Assembly (NCBI GenBank): GCA_016931225.1
Contig: JAFGFE010000031.1
Coordinates: forward strand, 72,746-136,745
Direction of reading: 5' to 3'
DNA: 64,000 bases
From: Candidatus Zymogenaceae bacterium
GTDB lineage: Bacteria > Desulfobacterota > Zymogenia > Zymogenales > Zymogenaceae
Part shown: positions 1 to 9,216 of the stretch, in pieces
Layout of the letters: each line of letters begins with the position of its first letter
How positions within the stretch are numbered: the stretch's first letter is position 1
Program-made: the position numbers and the translations under genes
The notes under the pieces: generated by a model
The model's database searches: none
The model's input: the letters and a program-made list of their open reading frames with translations, nothing else
What the model was told of the DNA's origin: nothing

Positions 1-251
1 GCAAGCGCCTGGGCGTGATTGCCGCTGGAATGGGTGACCACGCCCCGATTTTTTTCCTCATCGGTCAAGAGAGAAAGGGTATTCATCGCCCCCCGTGCCT
101 TGAATGCCCCCGCCCTTTGTAAGTTCTCACACTTGAAGAAGAGAGACGCATCACACATTTCATCGATCGTCCGGGACGTCATGATCGGCGTTCGGTTGAT
201 GAAATTTTTAATGCGCGTGTGGGCGTCCCGAATATCCGCAAACGTGATCAT
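1..251 (-). CDS. PLP-dependent threonine/serine dehydratase (serine-racemase-like) family, N-terminal fragment running off the left edge
   Basis: Hand translation of the minus strand from ATG at 251: MITFADIRDAHTRIKNFINRTPIMTSRTIDEMCDASLFFKCENLQRAGAFKARGAMN...VVTHSSGNHAQALA. FKARGA carries the PLP lysine and SSGNHAQA is a family motif. Absent from the ORF track because no stop lies in the window. Confidence 0.8.
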   Translation of the reverse strand, partial: MITFADIRDAHTRIKNFINRTPIMTSRTIDEMCDASLFFKCENLQRAGAFKARGAMNTLSLLTDEEKNRGVVTHSSGNHAQAL

Positions 252-418
252 GGATTTTCACTTATCATAATATCAGTATGACACACATGATATGTTTCTT
301 TACAAAACGATAGCCACAATCTGCATTGATTGTCAAGCTCAAAACCACGCAGCCCTTTTACTTGCGTCTGTATGCCCGCCCATGGTATAGTTCCTCACCT
401 TTGAAAAGGAGTGATCTC

Positions 419-1243
419 GTGGATACCCACACATCATCGGCTCCAACATCGAAAGCCGTGACGATTGCGCTCGTGCAGTCGAAACCACTCTTACTCGATA
501 CGGAACAGAACGCCGAGCGGGCGATCGATCTGATTTCCGGCGTCGATGCCGATATATTCATCTTTCCGGAGCTCTTCCTCTCCGGGTACACCTTCAAGGA
601 TATCTCAGAGGTCAAAAAAGCCGCCCTCCGTCTCGACGACGACCCGGTGCTCTCTCGGTTTCTTCGCCTCACAAAGGAGAGAAACATCGGGATATGCGGC
701 GGGTACGCGGAGGAATCGAACGGGCGGTATTACAACTCGTCTTTCTTCCTGGGCTACGGCGAGGTGATCTCCAACTATCGCAAGACGCACCTGTTTTTTC
801 ACGAAAAGGACTTCTTCTCACCGGGCGACACCGGTTTTTCGGTATTCGAGTATCACGGCGTATGCTTTGGCATGATGATCTGCTTCGACTGGGCGTTTCC
901 CGAGTCCGCCCGCACCCTTGCCCTCCGCGGCGCCCAGGTGATCCTGCACCCGGCGAACCTGGTGCTCCCCTACTGCCAGCAGGCGATGTTCGCCCGAGCG
1001 CTGGAGAACAGGGTCTATATCGTCACCACCAACCGCGTCGGCAGGGAGATTAACGGTGAGTTCGACAATACCTTCACCGGAGGCTCCCAGGTCGTCTCTC
1101 CGACGGGGGAATACCTGATCACCTTCGGTGAGACCGAGGAAGCCGTCTCGACCGTGACGATTGACCCGCGGGCGGCTGACGATAAAAACATCACCGAAAA
1201 AAACCACATCTTCGACGACCGGCGGCCCGAGATGTACGAATAG
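419..1243 (+). CDS. Carbon-nitrogen hydrolase (nitrilase superfamily) protein
   Basis: FPELFLSGY (Glu), YRKTHLF (Lys) and MMICFDWAFPE (Cys) match the CN-hydrolase triad context. Start moved to GTG 419, which sits 7 nt after AAGGAG (406-411). The track start 326 is a TTG with no SD. Confidence 0.8.
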   Translation: MDTHTSSAPTSKAVTIALVQSKPLLLDTEQNAERAIDLISGVDADIFIFPELFLSGYTFKDISEVKKAALRLDDDPVLSRFLRLTKERNIGICGGYAEESNGRYYNSSFFLGYGEVISNYRKTHLFFHEKDFFSPGDTGFSVFEYHGVCFGMMICFDWAFPESARTLALRGAQVILHPANLVLPYCQQAMFARALENRVYIVTTNRVGREINGEFDNTFTGGSQVVSPTGEYLITFGETEEAVSTVTIDPRAADDKNITEKNHIFDDRRPEMYE

Positions 1244-1481
1244 ATACCGGCCTGTGAAAAAAAAGACGACCTGTATATCGCGCACCCGGCCAGTCCACCT
1301 TTTCCAATATTGTCCGAGGAATACCGAAAGCGCCCGGCGTTTCGCTTCGGGCGCTTTTTGATTCTGATTGGATGTACCGATAAGTGGAGACGGCCGCCGT
1401 GAGCTGCATCGTGACAATCCACAAAAAGAGTCCTGATGCGTCCGTATGTCTCGTCTCTTTACCGGCTTGGAAGAGTTGGAC

Positions 1482-3173
1482 TCAGAGAAAATCCATATCG
1501 CACCCCAGGTGCGCCTGTTCCACGTGCAGGGCGAAGAGCCGCCGCCACCCCCGCTCCGGCGTGTCCGGAGGCACAAATGATTTCCTGCGGCGATCGAGTT
1601 CCCCCCCGTCCACAAGAATATCGATACGTCTTTTTTCCACATCGAGTGTAATCATATCGCCGTTTTTGACCAGGGCCAGCGGCCCGCCGACGGCGGCCTC
1701 GGGGGAGCAGTGGAGCACCACCGTGCCGTATGAGGTGCCGCTCATCCGCCCGTCGGAAATTCGCACCATGTCCGTTACCCCACGTCTGGCCAGGTATTTC
1801 GGGATGGGGAGAGATCCCGCCTCGGGCATGCCGGAAGCGACCGGCCCTGAGTTCCTGAGCACCATGACGTGATCCGGGGTAATCTTCAGGGACTCGTCAT
1901 CAACGCGGAGTGCCGCGTCCTCCGGTGATTCAAAGACCACGGCGGGTCCTGTGTGGGAAAAGAGCCTCCCGTCCGCCGCACCGGCCTTCAGGACGGCGCC
2001 GTTTGGGGCGAGGCTCCCGGAGAGAACCACAAGCGCCCCGGGACCCTGCACCGGGTCGTCCGTTGTCCTGATCACCCGCTGCCAGTCCCCGGGGAGCGAT
2101 ACATCACGCAGGAGATCGCGGAGCGTCTTGCCGGTAATCCCACGTACATCGGTATCCAGAAAGCCCTCCAGTGCCTTCAGGAGCACAGGCACGCCGCCTG
2201 CCAGGTGAAAATCCTCGGCGTATTCCGTGCCAACGGGCTTACAGTTTACCAGGACCGGAATCATCCTGGATATTTCATCGAACTCCGAAAGCGAGAGCGT
2301 TATCCCCGCCCTCCTGGCGACGGCGATGAGGTGTATGACGGCGTTTGTGGAACCGGAGATGGCCGCAAGCACCGTCACTGCGTTTTTGAAGGATGAGCCC
2401 GTCAGAAAGCTCATCGGCGTGATGTCCTCTTGTATCATTTCAACGGCCCGGCGACCCGACGCCGCAGCGATCTTTAACCTCTCACCCGACGCATGTGGTG
2501 CAACCGCCGCGCCGGGAAGAGAGAATCCCAGGACCTCCACCACAGAGGCCATGGTTGTGGCCGTCCCCATTACCATGCAGGAGCCGCCCGTAAAGCAGAG
2601 CGCCCCCTCTATCTCCTCGATCTCTGCATCGGTCAGCTCCCCCGCCCGGTACTTCGCCCAGAGCCTCCTGCAGTCTGTGCACGCCCCCAGACGCTCGCCC
2701 CTCCAGGAGCCGGTCATCATGGGGCCGGTGGGAACGAAAACGGCGGGGATGTCCGTCGAGATGGCCGCCATGATCTGCGCCGGGACCGTCTTATCGCAGC
2801 CGCCCAGGAGTACCACGGCGTCCATCGGCTGGGCGCGGATCATCTCCTCGGTCTCCATCGCCATGAGATTGCGATAGAGCATGGTCGTGGGATGTGTATA
2901 GATTTCGTTGAGGGAGATGGTCGGGAAGGAGAGCGGCAGGCCCCCGGCCTCCAGAACACCCCTTTTGACGGCGGCGACCATCTCCGGCATCTGGCGGTGG
3001 CAAGTGTTGTAATCCGAGGAGGTGTCAACCACGCCGACGATGGGGCGGTTGAGGTCTTCGCGGTCGTATCCCGCCGACGCGAAAAATGCGCGCCTCATGT
3101 ATGCGCTGAATTCCCTGTCGCCGTAGTTGGTAAGATTTTTCAGAATACCTTCAAACGGTTTCTTTTTCGCCAT
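1482..3173 (-). CDS. IlvD/Edd family dehydratase (dihydroxy-acid / sugar-acid dehydratase)
   Basis: Full-length family-like sequence with Fe-S Cys context (TCHRQM, GGCDKTVPA, GTATTMA, SDGRMSG). Start set to ATG 3173 (MAKKKPFEG), preceded by GGAGG. Confidence 0.85.
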   Translation of the reverse strand: MAKKKPFEGILKNLTNYGDREFSAYMRRAFFASAGYDREDLNRPIVGVVDTSSDYNTCHRQMPEMVAAVKRGVLEAGGLPLSFPTISLNEIYTHPTTMLYRNLMAMETEEMIRAQPMDAVVLLGGCDKTVPAQIMAAISTDIPAVFVPTGPMMTGSWRGERLGACTDCRRLWAKYRAGELTDAEIEEIEGALCFTGGSCMVMGTATTMASVVEVLGFSLPGAAVAPHASGERLKIAAASGRRAVEMIQEDITPMSFLTGSSFKNAVTVLAAISGSTNAVIHLIAVARRAGITLSLSEFDEISRMIPVLVNCKPVGTEYAEDFHLAGGVPVLLKALEGFLDTDVRGITGKTLRDLLRDVSLPGDWQRVIRTTDDPVQGPGALVVLSGSLAPNGAVLKAGAADGRLFSHTGPAVVFESPEDAALRVDDESLKITPDHVMVLRNSGPVASGMPEAGSLPIPKYLARRGVTDMVRISDGRMSGTSYGTVVLHCSPEAAVGGPLALVKNGDMITLDVEKRRIDILVDGGELDRRRKSFVPPDTPERGWRRLFALHVEQAHLGCDMDFL

Positions 3174-3406
3174 GAACACCTGCCTCCCCGTGACAAACGG
3201 CGGTAACGGCAGAGTATATTTCCCGCCGACCCGCCGCCGGTTCGTTCGCACGGAAACGGTATACAGCCATACCGATCACCGCGCACTGTATGTCCCTCAA
3301 TCCTCCCTCACCACCGAAGACCCGCTCGACGGCTTTTCCCTCCACCCCCTCATCCCGTGACTTCACCGCTCTCCATGCCAAACGGACACGACCGTGCTAT
3401 TGTCTC

Positions 3407-5296
3407 TTACAGCCCTATCTCCCTCCGGAGAGACTGGGTTTTCACGCACCAATTGCCCACGTTCCATCTCCCGAACACCCCCATCCCCCCCAATGGATCC
3501 GTGCCGTAATAGACCGGTACATGGATCAACGATACGCCGTCATGGGCCTTCGCTTCATCCAGCGCCGCGATGAGCGACTCGGTCGTGTATCCCCCAAAGA
3601 GCGCTTTCACCCCCTTCACGGCATTCGCCAGTGCGACATAGTCGACCTCAACGGAATCCCCCGTGGCGTAGACCTCTCCGTATTGATCCTGCTGCAGACC
3701 GGAAATCGCACCCATCCTCCGGTTGTCCAGAACCACGATGCATCCCTTTGCGCCGTGCTCCACCCCGTCGATGAGTATCTGTGGATTCATGACGAAGGAG
3801 CCGTCCCCCGAAAGCGCCAGGGCGTAAAACGGAGTATCCGAGAGTGCCGTGGCCAACAGCGCCGACGAGGCGAATCCCATGTAACTGGCCCCGGTCTCCG
3901 TGAACGTCCGTCCCGGTCGATCGTCCTCAACGATCTGAAATCCGTTCGCTTGGACGTCGCCGGCGTCATAAAACGATACGGCGTCGTTCTTTCTCGCCCA
4001 GTCCGACGCCGCCTTTATGACCGCCGGCTGTGTCATGACTTCCCGCTTCCATGTCTCATCGTAGATCTCCGGGGTATCGTAGCGCTGTTCTCGAAATCGA
4101 TCCCACTCCTCCCGCTTCTTTCGACAGTTCTTGAACCACTCGGAGGCTCCCTTCTGTGAGGATACGCCTTTTTTCTTCAGGGCCTCGTTCAGTTTTTTCA
4201 GGGTTGCTTTGATGTCCCCGATCATTGCGGTGGTCTTCGTGTAGTGGGTTGCAGCACTCACATCGCCGTTGATATTGATGACATGCTGAACCTTCGGATA
4301 GCCGGTGCGTGAGCAGTCGGACTGACAGACGAATCTGCTGCCGACGACGATCAAGAGATCCGCCTGTTCCATGGCGTAGTTGCCCGAAATGGATCCCTTG
4401 GAACCGCCGACGGTCATGTTCCGCTCGTGCCAAAACGGGATAACCCCCGAGACCAGGGGGCTGGTCACCGCCACGCCGTCTATTCGGTCAAGAAGCTCGA
4501 TCAGCTCGTCTCCGGCTTCCCGTGCCCCCCCGCCGACCTTGACCACCACCTTTTTCGCCGCGATGATCGCCTCGGTGGCCGCATCATAGAGATGATCGGC
4601 CGCCGGACCCAACGGCGGCGGCGGGTTTTTGGGAAGCATTCGGATATTGAAATCGTTGATGATCATCGGCTGGGTGTTCATGGGGAGCAACAGGTAAAAC
4701 GGCCCCCGACGGTAGGGATGATCAACGGTGTTCAGCCCCCTCCGTAAGGCCACACTCACCGCCGCCGGTGTATGCAGCATGTATGAATTTCCCATGACGC
4801 CGAAAAGCTGGAGAAACAGGTTCTGTTCGTGACCCGGTATCTGCTGCATGTTCGGACCCTCGTCCTCGGTTGTTTCATCCCCCAACAGAAACCAGACGCC
4901 CAGCCCGTCGCTGAGGGGCGCAAGAGAGCCGGCCAGGGCGTGCATGGCGCCGGGGCCGATGGACGTGAAGACGCACGCCTTCTTGCCGGTCACCCACCTC
5001 AGCGCCGTCGCCGCGTGTACCGCCTCGGTCTCGTGTCTGACCGGGTAGGTCCTGACAAGTCCCTCCCCTTCATAGACTCTCAGAACTTCACCTATTTCCG
5101 TTGAGCCGTGCCCGAATATGCCCAGAAACGTGGTCACATCCTGGCGAATGAGTCCAAGGACTATTGCTTCAGAGAGGGTGATATCCGCGTATTGCGGGAG
5201 CGTGCCCGCATCAAGGGCTTCATCAATTCCCCCCGCCTCTTGTATGGCCCGCGCCCTAAGCGTTCTTTCCCGAGTGATTTTTTCCTGATCGGACAT
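3407..5296 (-). CDS. Thiamine-diphosphate enzyme of the acetolactate-synthase superfamily, IolD-like
   Basis: ThDP motif GDGSFVMNPQ...VLDNRRMG. The N-terminal Pyr domain (IFGHGSTEIG...HETEAVHAATA...TSIGPGA) resembles B. subtilis IolD as I recall it. Confidence 0.75.
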   Translation of the reverse strand: MSDQEKITRERTLRARAIQEAGGIDEALDAGTLPQYADITLSEAIVLGLIRQDVTTFLGIFGHGSTEIGEVLRVYEGEGLVRTYPVRHETEAVHAATALRWVTGKKACVFTSIGPGAMHALAGSLAPLSDGLGVWFLLGDETTEDEGPNMQQIPGHEQNLFLQLFGVMGNSYMLHTPAAVSVALRRGLNTVDHPYRRGPFYLLLPMNTQPMIINDFNIRMLPKNPPPPLGPAADHLYDAATEAIIAAKKVVVKVGGGAREAGDELIELLDRIDGVAVTSPLVSGVIPFWHERNMTVGGSKGSISGNYAMEQADLLIVVGSRFVCQSDCSRTGYPKVQHVININGDVSAATHYTKTTAMIGDIKATLKKLNEALKKKGVSSQKGASEWFKNCRKKREEWDRFREQRYDTPEIYDETWKREVMTQPAVIKAASDWARKNDAVSFYDAGDVQANGFQIVEDDRPGRTFTETGASYMGFASSALLATALSDTPFYALALSGDGSFVMNPQILIDGVEHGAKGCIVVLDNRRMGAISGLQQDQYGEVYATGDSVEVDYVALANAVKGVKALFGGYTTESLIAALDEAKAHDGVSLIHVPVYYGTDPLGGMGVFGRWNVGNWCVKTQSLRREIGL

Positions 5297-5350
5297 GGAT
5301 CCCCCGATGTTTTTTTATTTTTTCAAGACTGCCGGAACCTGGCGGTCCAC

Positions 5351-5378
5351 ATTATACCGGAAATAAACATAGCGTAAA
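5351..5378 (-). promoter_or_regulatory. Candidate sigma70-type promoter for the ThDP-enzyme/IlvD-family operon
   Basis: The minus strand reads TTTACG-N16-TATAAT, about 50 nt upstream of ATG 5296. Confidence 0.4.
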
Positions 5379-5532
5379 TGCAGTGCCATTTCAAGCAGAA
5401 AAATAGTTACAATCGAGCCGAGCAGATTACAGATCCAATCGACTCCGGATACGCATCTCGAGAAGGAATGTATTTCACGTTTTTTTCATGTTTTTGTCGT
5501 TCAATCCCGTGTCAGACGGAAGAAAATGTTGA

Positions 5533-5561
5533 TTGACAACGGCCGAAAAAAACGGTATGAC
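5533..5561 (+). promoter_or_regulatory. Candidate promoter for the XRE gene
   Basis: TTGACA (5533-5538), a 17-nt spacer, then TATGAC (5556-5561). Confidence 0.35.
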
Positions 5562-5599
5562 ATTACTACAAAAAAACTCACAAATGCGAGGAGTCGCCC

Positions 5600-5971
5600 G
5601 TGACCGGGAGAGGCGTCAGGACGGAAAAAACCATGAAACATTTCCGAGAATCCCTCAATATGACACTTCAAGAACTCGCCCTGAGAACGGGAATCGCCGA
5701 ACAACGCATCCGGAGTCTGGAAATCCGCACCGAACGACCGAATCCCGAAGAGGCATCCAAAATCGCCGATGCGCTGAACATTTCAACTGATGAATTGTTC
5801 GAGATCGTCTCCATTCACCCCGATCCCCTCAGAAGTACCGACCTCTCCGCCCTGCTCGATACCATAGACGGTAACGCCCGGAGATTCATTTCGGATAAGG
5901 AGATACAACAGCTTGAAAACGCCCTACGCCTGTCCATCGATGCGGTGGACCGACTGAAAAACGGTCGATGA
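5600..5971 (+). CDS. XRE-family helix-turn-helix transcriptional regulator
   Basis: HTH_3-type segment LNMTLQELALRTGIAEQRIRSLEIRTERPNPEEASKIADALNISTDELF. GTG 5600 follows GAGGAG (5587-5592). An alternative ATG lies at 5633. Confidence 0.8.
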   Translation: MTGRGVRTEKTMKHFRESLNMTLQELALRTGIAEQRIRSLEIRTERPNPEEASKIADALNISTDELFEIVSIHPDPLRSTDLSALLDTIDGNARRFISDKEIQQLENALRLSIDAVDRLKNGR

Positions 5972-6041
5972 CGGAACGCTTTAGCAACGTATGCACCACT
6001 CCGGCGCATTTTTGGTCCCGATCAACAGGAAAAAGTTTTTC

Positions 6042-6071
6042 TTGACATCGGCATTTCCGATTGTTTATGCT
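6042..6071 (+). promoter_or_regulatory. Candidate promoter for the ImmA-like gene
   Basis: TTGACA (6042-6047), an 18-nt spacer, then TATGCT (6066-6071). Confidence 0.35.
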
Positions 6072-6109
6072 ATGCTATTGTAAAGAAATAACCGTCTGAG
6101 TTTGTACTG

Positions 6110-6607
6110 ATGGAAAAACACGCCGATAGTCATGACGCCGAGCGTTCATACGCCGACAACAGCATCCTCACGTATGAAGAATTTCTCGACATCTTGGATC
6201 TCTACAATGTCCCCCTGGTCGTCTGTGATTTGTTCTGTGCCGGATTTCTGCATTATGTTGACGGCGTGCCGGTGATCGTTCTCAGCAGCCGCCTCGACGA
6301 TCGGTACAAGACATTCTACGGCCTGGCATTTTTTCTCAGGGATCGTTTCAATCGGGATAATTCCCCATTTCTGTACCTCTCGGACATCCCGGATGATGAC
6401 GTATTCCTCAATCTTTCCATTTCCATTATGCTGCCGGATCGGATCGTGAATTATTATATAGATCAATTCACCTCTAACAAGGTCAAGAATTTTCATGATG
6501 TTCTCATGATGTATCGACTTTCCACATACGGGAACCAGAACAGCATCAGAGAGGTCTACGATCGAATTTTTAAGAGTATCGGCGCCTCCTGGCTGAAGGA
6601 GAAGTAA
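6110..6607 (+). CDS. ImmA/IrrE (COG2856)-like protein lacking the HEXXH zinc motif
   Basis: The layout NVPLVVCDL..AGFLHYVDGVPVIVLSSRLDDRYKTFYGLAFFLRDRF...DDDVFLNLSISIMLPDRIV follows the ImmA fold order. AFFLR sits where HEXXH is expected. The gene is visibly more AT-rich than its neighbours. Confidence 0.5.
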   Translation: MEKHADSHDAERSYADNSILTYEEFLDILDLYNVPLVVCDLFCAGFLHYVDGVPVIVLSSRLDDRYKTFYGLAFFLRDRFNRDNSPFLYLSDIPDDDVFLNLSISIMLPDRIVNYYIDQFTSNKVKNFHDVLMMYRLSTYGNQNSIREVYDRIFKSIGASWLKEK

Positions 6608-6743
6608 TACAATATACTTTTTCTCCGACACATCTGCTGCCGATACGCACTGGTGTGAAGCAGGTATCTATACATTACATACATATACGTACTTCAATAC
6701 GCACCCATGCTTTACCGATACATACATACGATAAGGATATACC

Positions 6744-7580
6744 GTGAAAGATGTGATGAAGAAAGTGGTTTTTGTGACCGGCGGCTCCAAGGGGATCGGC
6801 GGGGCCATCGCCTGTGAGTTCGCATCACGAGGCGCCGATGTGGCGATCTTCGCCCGAGGGCAAAAAGATCTTGATTCCGCGCTGGCTCGTTTGCAAGATA
6901 TAAAAATCCTGGACGACCAGAAGTTCGCGGCATTCCGGATGGACGTGACCGACCCGAAGTCTGTGGACTCATCCATCGCCGACGCTATAAAAGAGCTGGA
7001 AGTCCCCGACGTGCTGGTCAACAACGCCGGTCTCGCCAGACCCCGCTACTTCGAGGACATCACCATAGAACAATTCGACCGAACGATACGGACCAACCTC
7101 TGCGGCGTGTGGTATGTGACGTCCTCTGTTGTCCCCCATATGAAAGAACGTGGCGGCTATATCGTGAATGTGTCGTCCCTGGCGGGTTTCATGGGTGTGT
7201 TCGGGTATTCCGACTACGCTGCCTCCAAGTTCGGGGTCATGGGACTCACCCTCTCGCTTCGGAGCGAGCTGAAATCCCACGGCATTACGGTCAGCGCATT
7301 ATGCCCCCCGGATACGGATACCCCCGGCTTTGAGGAGGAGAACAAGGAAAAACCGGTGGAAACAAAGGCCCTTTCGGAAAACGCCAAGGTCATGGACGCC
7401 CAAGACGTCGCACGGTCGCTCATTTCCGGTATGCGCCGGAAAAAACCGGTCATCATCACCGGATTCGACGGCAACATGATCTATCTTGCCAACCGTGTCT
7501 TTCCCCGACTCGTTGAATTCATCATGGACATGACGATTCGGAAGGTCCAAAAAAAGAAAGAGGCTCACCTCACGGGGTAA
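6744..7580 (+). CDS. Short-chain dehydrogenase/reductase, 3-ketodihydrosphingosine-reductase (KDSR)-like
   Basis: TGGSKGIGG, NNAG and S...YAASK are SDR motifs. The C-terminal CPPDTDTPGFEEENKEKPVETKALSE and GFDGNMIYL parallel eukaryotic KDSR as I recall it. GTG 6744 follows AAGGA. Confidence 0.75.
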   Translation: MKDVMKKVVFVTGGSKGIGGAIACEFASRGADVAIFARGQKDLDSALARLQDIKILDDQKFAAFRMDVTDPKSVDSSIADAIKELEVPDVLVNNAGLARPRYFEDITIEQFDRTIRTNLCGVWYVTSSVVPHMKERGGYIVNVSSLAGFMGVFGYSDYAASKFGVMGLTLSLRSELKSHGITVSALCPPDTDTPGFEEENKEKPVETKALSENAKVMDAQDVARSLISGMRRKKPVIITGFDGNMIYLANRVFPRLVEFIMDMTIRKVQKKKEAHLTG

Positions 7581-7611
7581 TCCCGCCTCTCGGTAAAAAG
7601 CGGAGGTTGTG

Positions 7612-8025
7612 ATGGATATACAGATAAAGGGACGCCTGCCGATCGCCTGGCTTGAGATCATCACCGGCGTCGGCATTATCCTGTTCTGGATCGGATTTTT
7701 CACCGTCGGCCTGGCGCCTGAAACGCCGCCCGAAGGATATTTCGTGTTCGAGCACTCCTTCCCGCCCCCGGACTGCATCCTCTCCATCGTGCTGATTATT
7801 GCGGGAGTGCTGCTTATAAAGGAACGATACGGCGGCATCGTCCTCTCCCTGGTGGCGTCCGGCGGACTGATGTTTCTTGGGATTCTGGATGCCAGTTTCA
7901 ACATTCAGAACGGAATGTATTCCATCACCCCGCTGGATACTGTCCTGAACGCCTTCATCAACCTATGGTGCTTCGGCTTCGGACTGGTGACGGCATGTAT
8001 CATGGGAAAACAGACATCACCCTGA
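7612..8025 (+). CDS. Small integral membrane protein (about four hydrophobic segments), function unknown
   Basis: Hydrophobic helices (ITGVGIILFWIGFF, ILSIVLIIAGVLLI, IVLSLVASGGLMFLGIL, FINLWCFGFGLV). ATG 7612 lies 5 nt after GGAGG. Confidence 0.6.
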   Translation: MDIQIKGRLPIAWLEIITGVGIILFWIGFFTVGLAPETPPEGYFVFEHSFPPPDCILSIVLIIAGVLLIKERYGGIVLSLVASGGLMFLGILDASFNIQNGMYSITPLDTVLNAFINLWCFGFGLVTACIMGKQTSP

Positions 8026-8055
8026 CGACGCAGTCCAGCCTCCTCTTCCCATGCG

Positions 8056-8346
8056 TCACAGGGACGCGAGCTCTTCAAATAATTCCACCGCAGGAGGGCC
8101 GTCTAGGAGAGAGGCCGTAATCCCCATCAACTCCTTGAAGTGGGAGGTCTCGCTGTGTCGGCTGAATGCGTCCTGATCCGTATATTTCTCGTATAGAAGA
8201 AACTCCGTACCGTCGCTCATCGACCTGTGCAGCGTGTAGGCGAGGGTCCCCTCCTCCGACGCCACCTTCGCGACCATATCCTTCAGAGCCGCCTCAAGTT
8301 TTCCTTCGCTCCCCTTCTTCGCCTTCATTTTCGCAATAACAACCAT
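8056..8346 (-). CDS. Antibiotic-biosynthesis-monooxygenase (ABM) domain protein
   Basis: About 96 aa with the ferredoxin-like ABM pattern (VVIAKMKAKKG...YTLHRS...FLLYEKYTDQDAFSRHSETSHFKE). AAGGA SD present. Confidence 0.7.
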   Translation of the reverse strand: MVVIAKMKAKKGSEGKLEAALKDMVAKVASEEGTLAYTLHRSMSDGTEFLLYEKYTDQDAFSRHSETSHFKELMGITASLLDGPPAVELFEELASL

Positions 8347-8377
8347 CTGTCAATCCTTGAGAATGTAGAGAACAATA

Positions 8378-8911
8378 TTATCTCTTGAGTTCCATCTTCT
8401 GCTGCAAAAGCTCCCTCCCCCACTCCACCACCCGCTCCTGGTGAATCACCTCGAATCCGAAACGATCGTACATATTTCGGGCGGACAAAAGCCCTTCGAA
8501 GGTCCACAGGTACACCCGTCCGTATCCCTTGTTTGCAGCGTGTGAAAGCGCCGTCTGCATCAGCCTCGTACCGACGCCCAGGCCCTGGGCTTCGGTACGG
8601 ACGATGAACCAGCGAAGCCGCACCCCTTCATCCCGGTCGTCTCGTGCGTCCAGGGAGATGGAACCCAGAAATCCATCGTTCCCCGTCGCCGCCCAGAACC
8701 CGTCCCGATTGCCGTCGAACCGGCACATGAAATCCGAGAGCTCTCGCGCCACCTCCACCTCGAAGGTTTTATCGAGGTCCCAGTGTTCATGATAATAGGC
8801 GCCGTGGAGCTTCACTATCTCGCCGATCACGCCGGGATAATACCCGGTGATTGTCACATGATGGTTCTGTACGGATTGTTTTCCGTTATCCATACGTGTT
8901 CTCAAGATCAT
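8378..8911 (-). CDS. GNAT family N-acetyltransferase
   Basis: Acetyl-CoA binding motif RTEAQGLGVGTRLMQ plus the terminal NMYDRFGFE. The start is uncertain, with an alternative ATG at 8893. Confidence 0.75.
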   Translation of the reverse strand: MILRTRMDNGKQSVQNHHVTITGYYPGVIGEIVKLHGAYYHEHWDLDKTFEVEVARELSDFMCRFDGNRDGFWAATGNDGFLGSISLDARDDRDEGVRLRWFIVRTEAQGLGVGTRLMQTALSHAANKGYGRVYLWTFEGLLSARNMYDRFGFEVIHQERVVEWGRELLQQKMELKR

Positions 8912-9216
8912 TGAATGAGTCGCGATGGGAGGTTTCTCGTCATCTGGACGCTCCCGCCTGAAAAATCACGGTTCTCCACGTTTTTGGCCGCCGGCTTTTT
9001 AAACAGACGCTTGTGGAAGGGTACGTTCGATGTCGGATATGTGAGGTGGGAAAAGCCCGGTCTTCACTGTCGTCGACACACCGTGGGTGCACATCCGGTC
9101 ATCCGTCGGTTGAAAACCACGAGGGAAGTGCACATACGTGCGAAACGGATATTATCTTTTCTTTTTGAACCCCGCTTCCCCGAATCGTTCTTGCATGGCC
9201 CTTGTATACGCTCGTG

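Noticed and set aside
19-270. 83-aa plus-strand ORF at the left edge
   Set aside because: It lies antisense to a clearly recognisable PLP dehydratase N-terminus on the minus strand (1-251). It has no motif or SD of its own.
6677-6730. Repeated ACATACATA(T)ACG strings upstream of the SDR gene
   Set aside because: There are only two short copies in a TACA-rich low-complexity stretch. This is not a CRISPR, iteron array or mobile-element end, though it may simply be promoter DNA.
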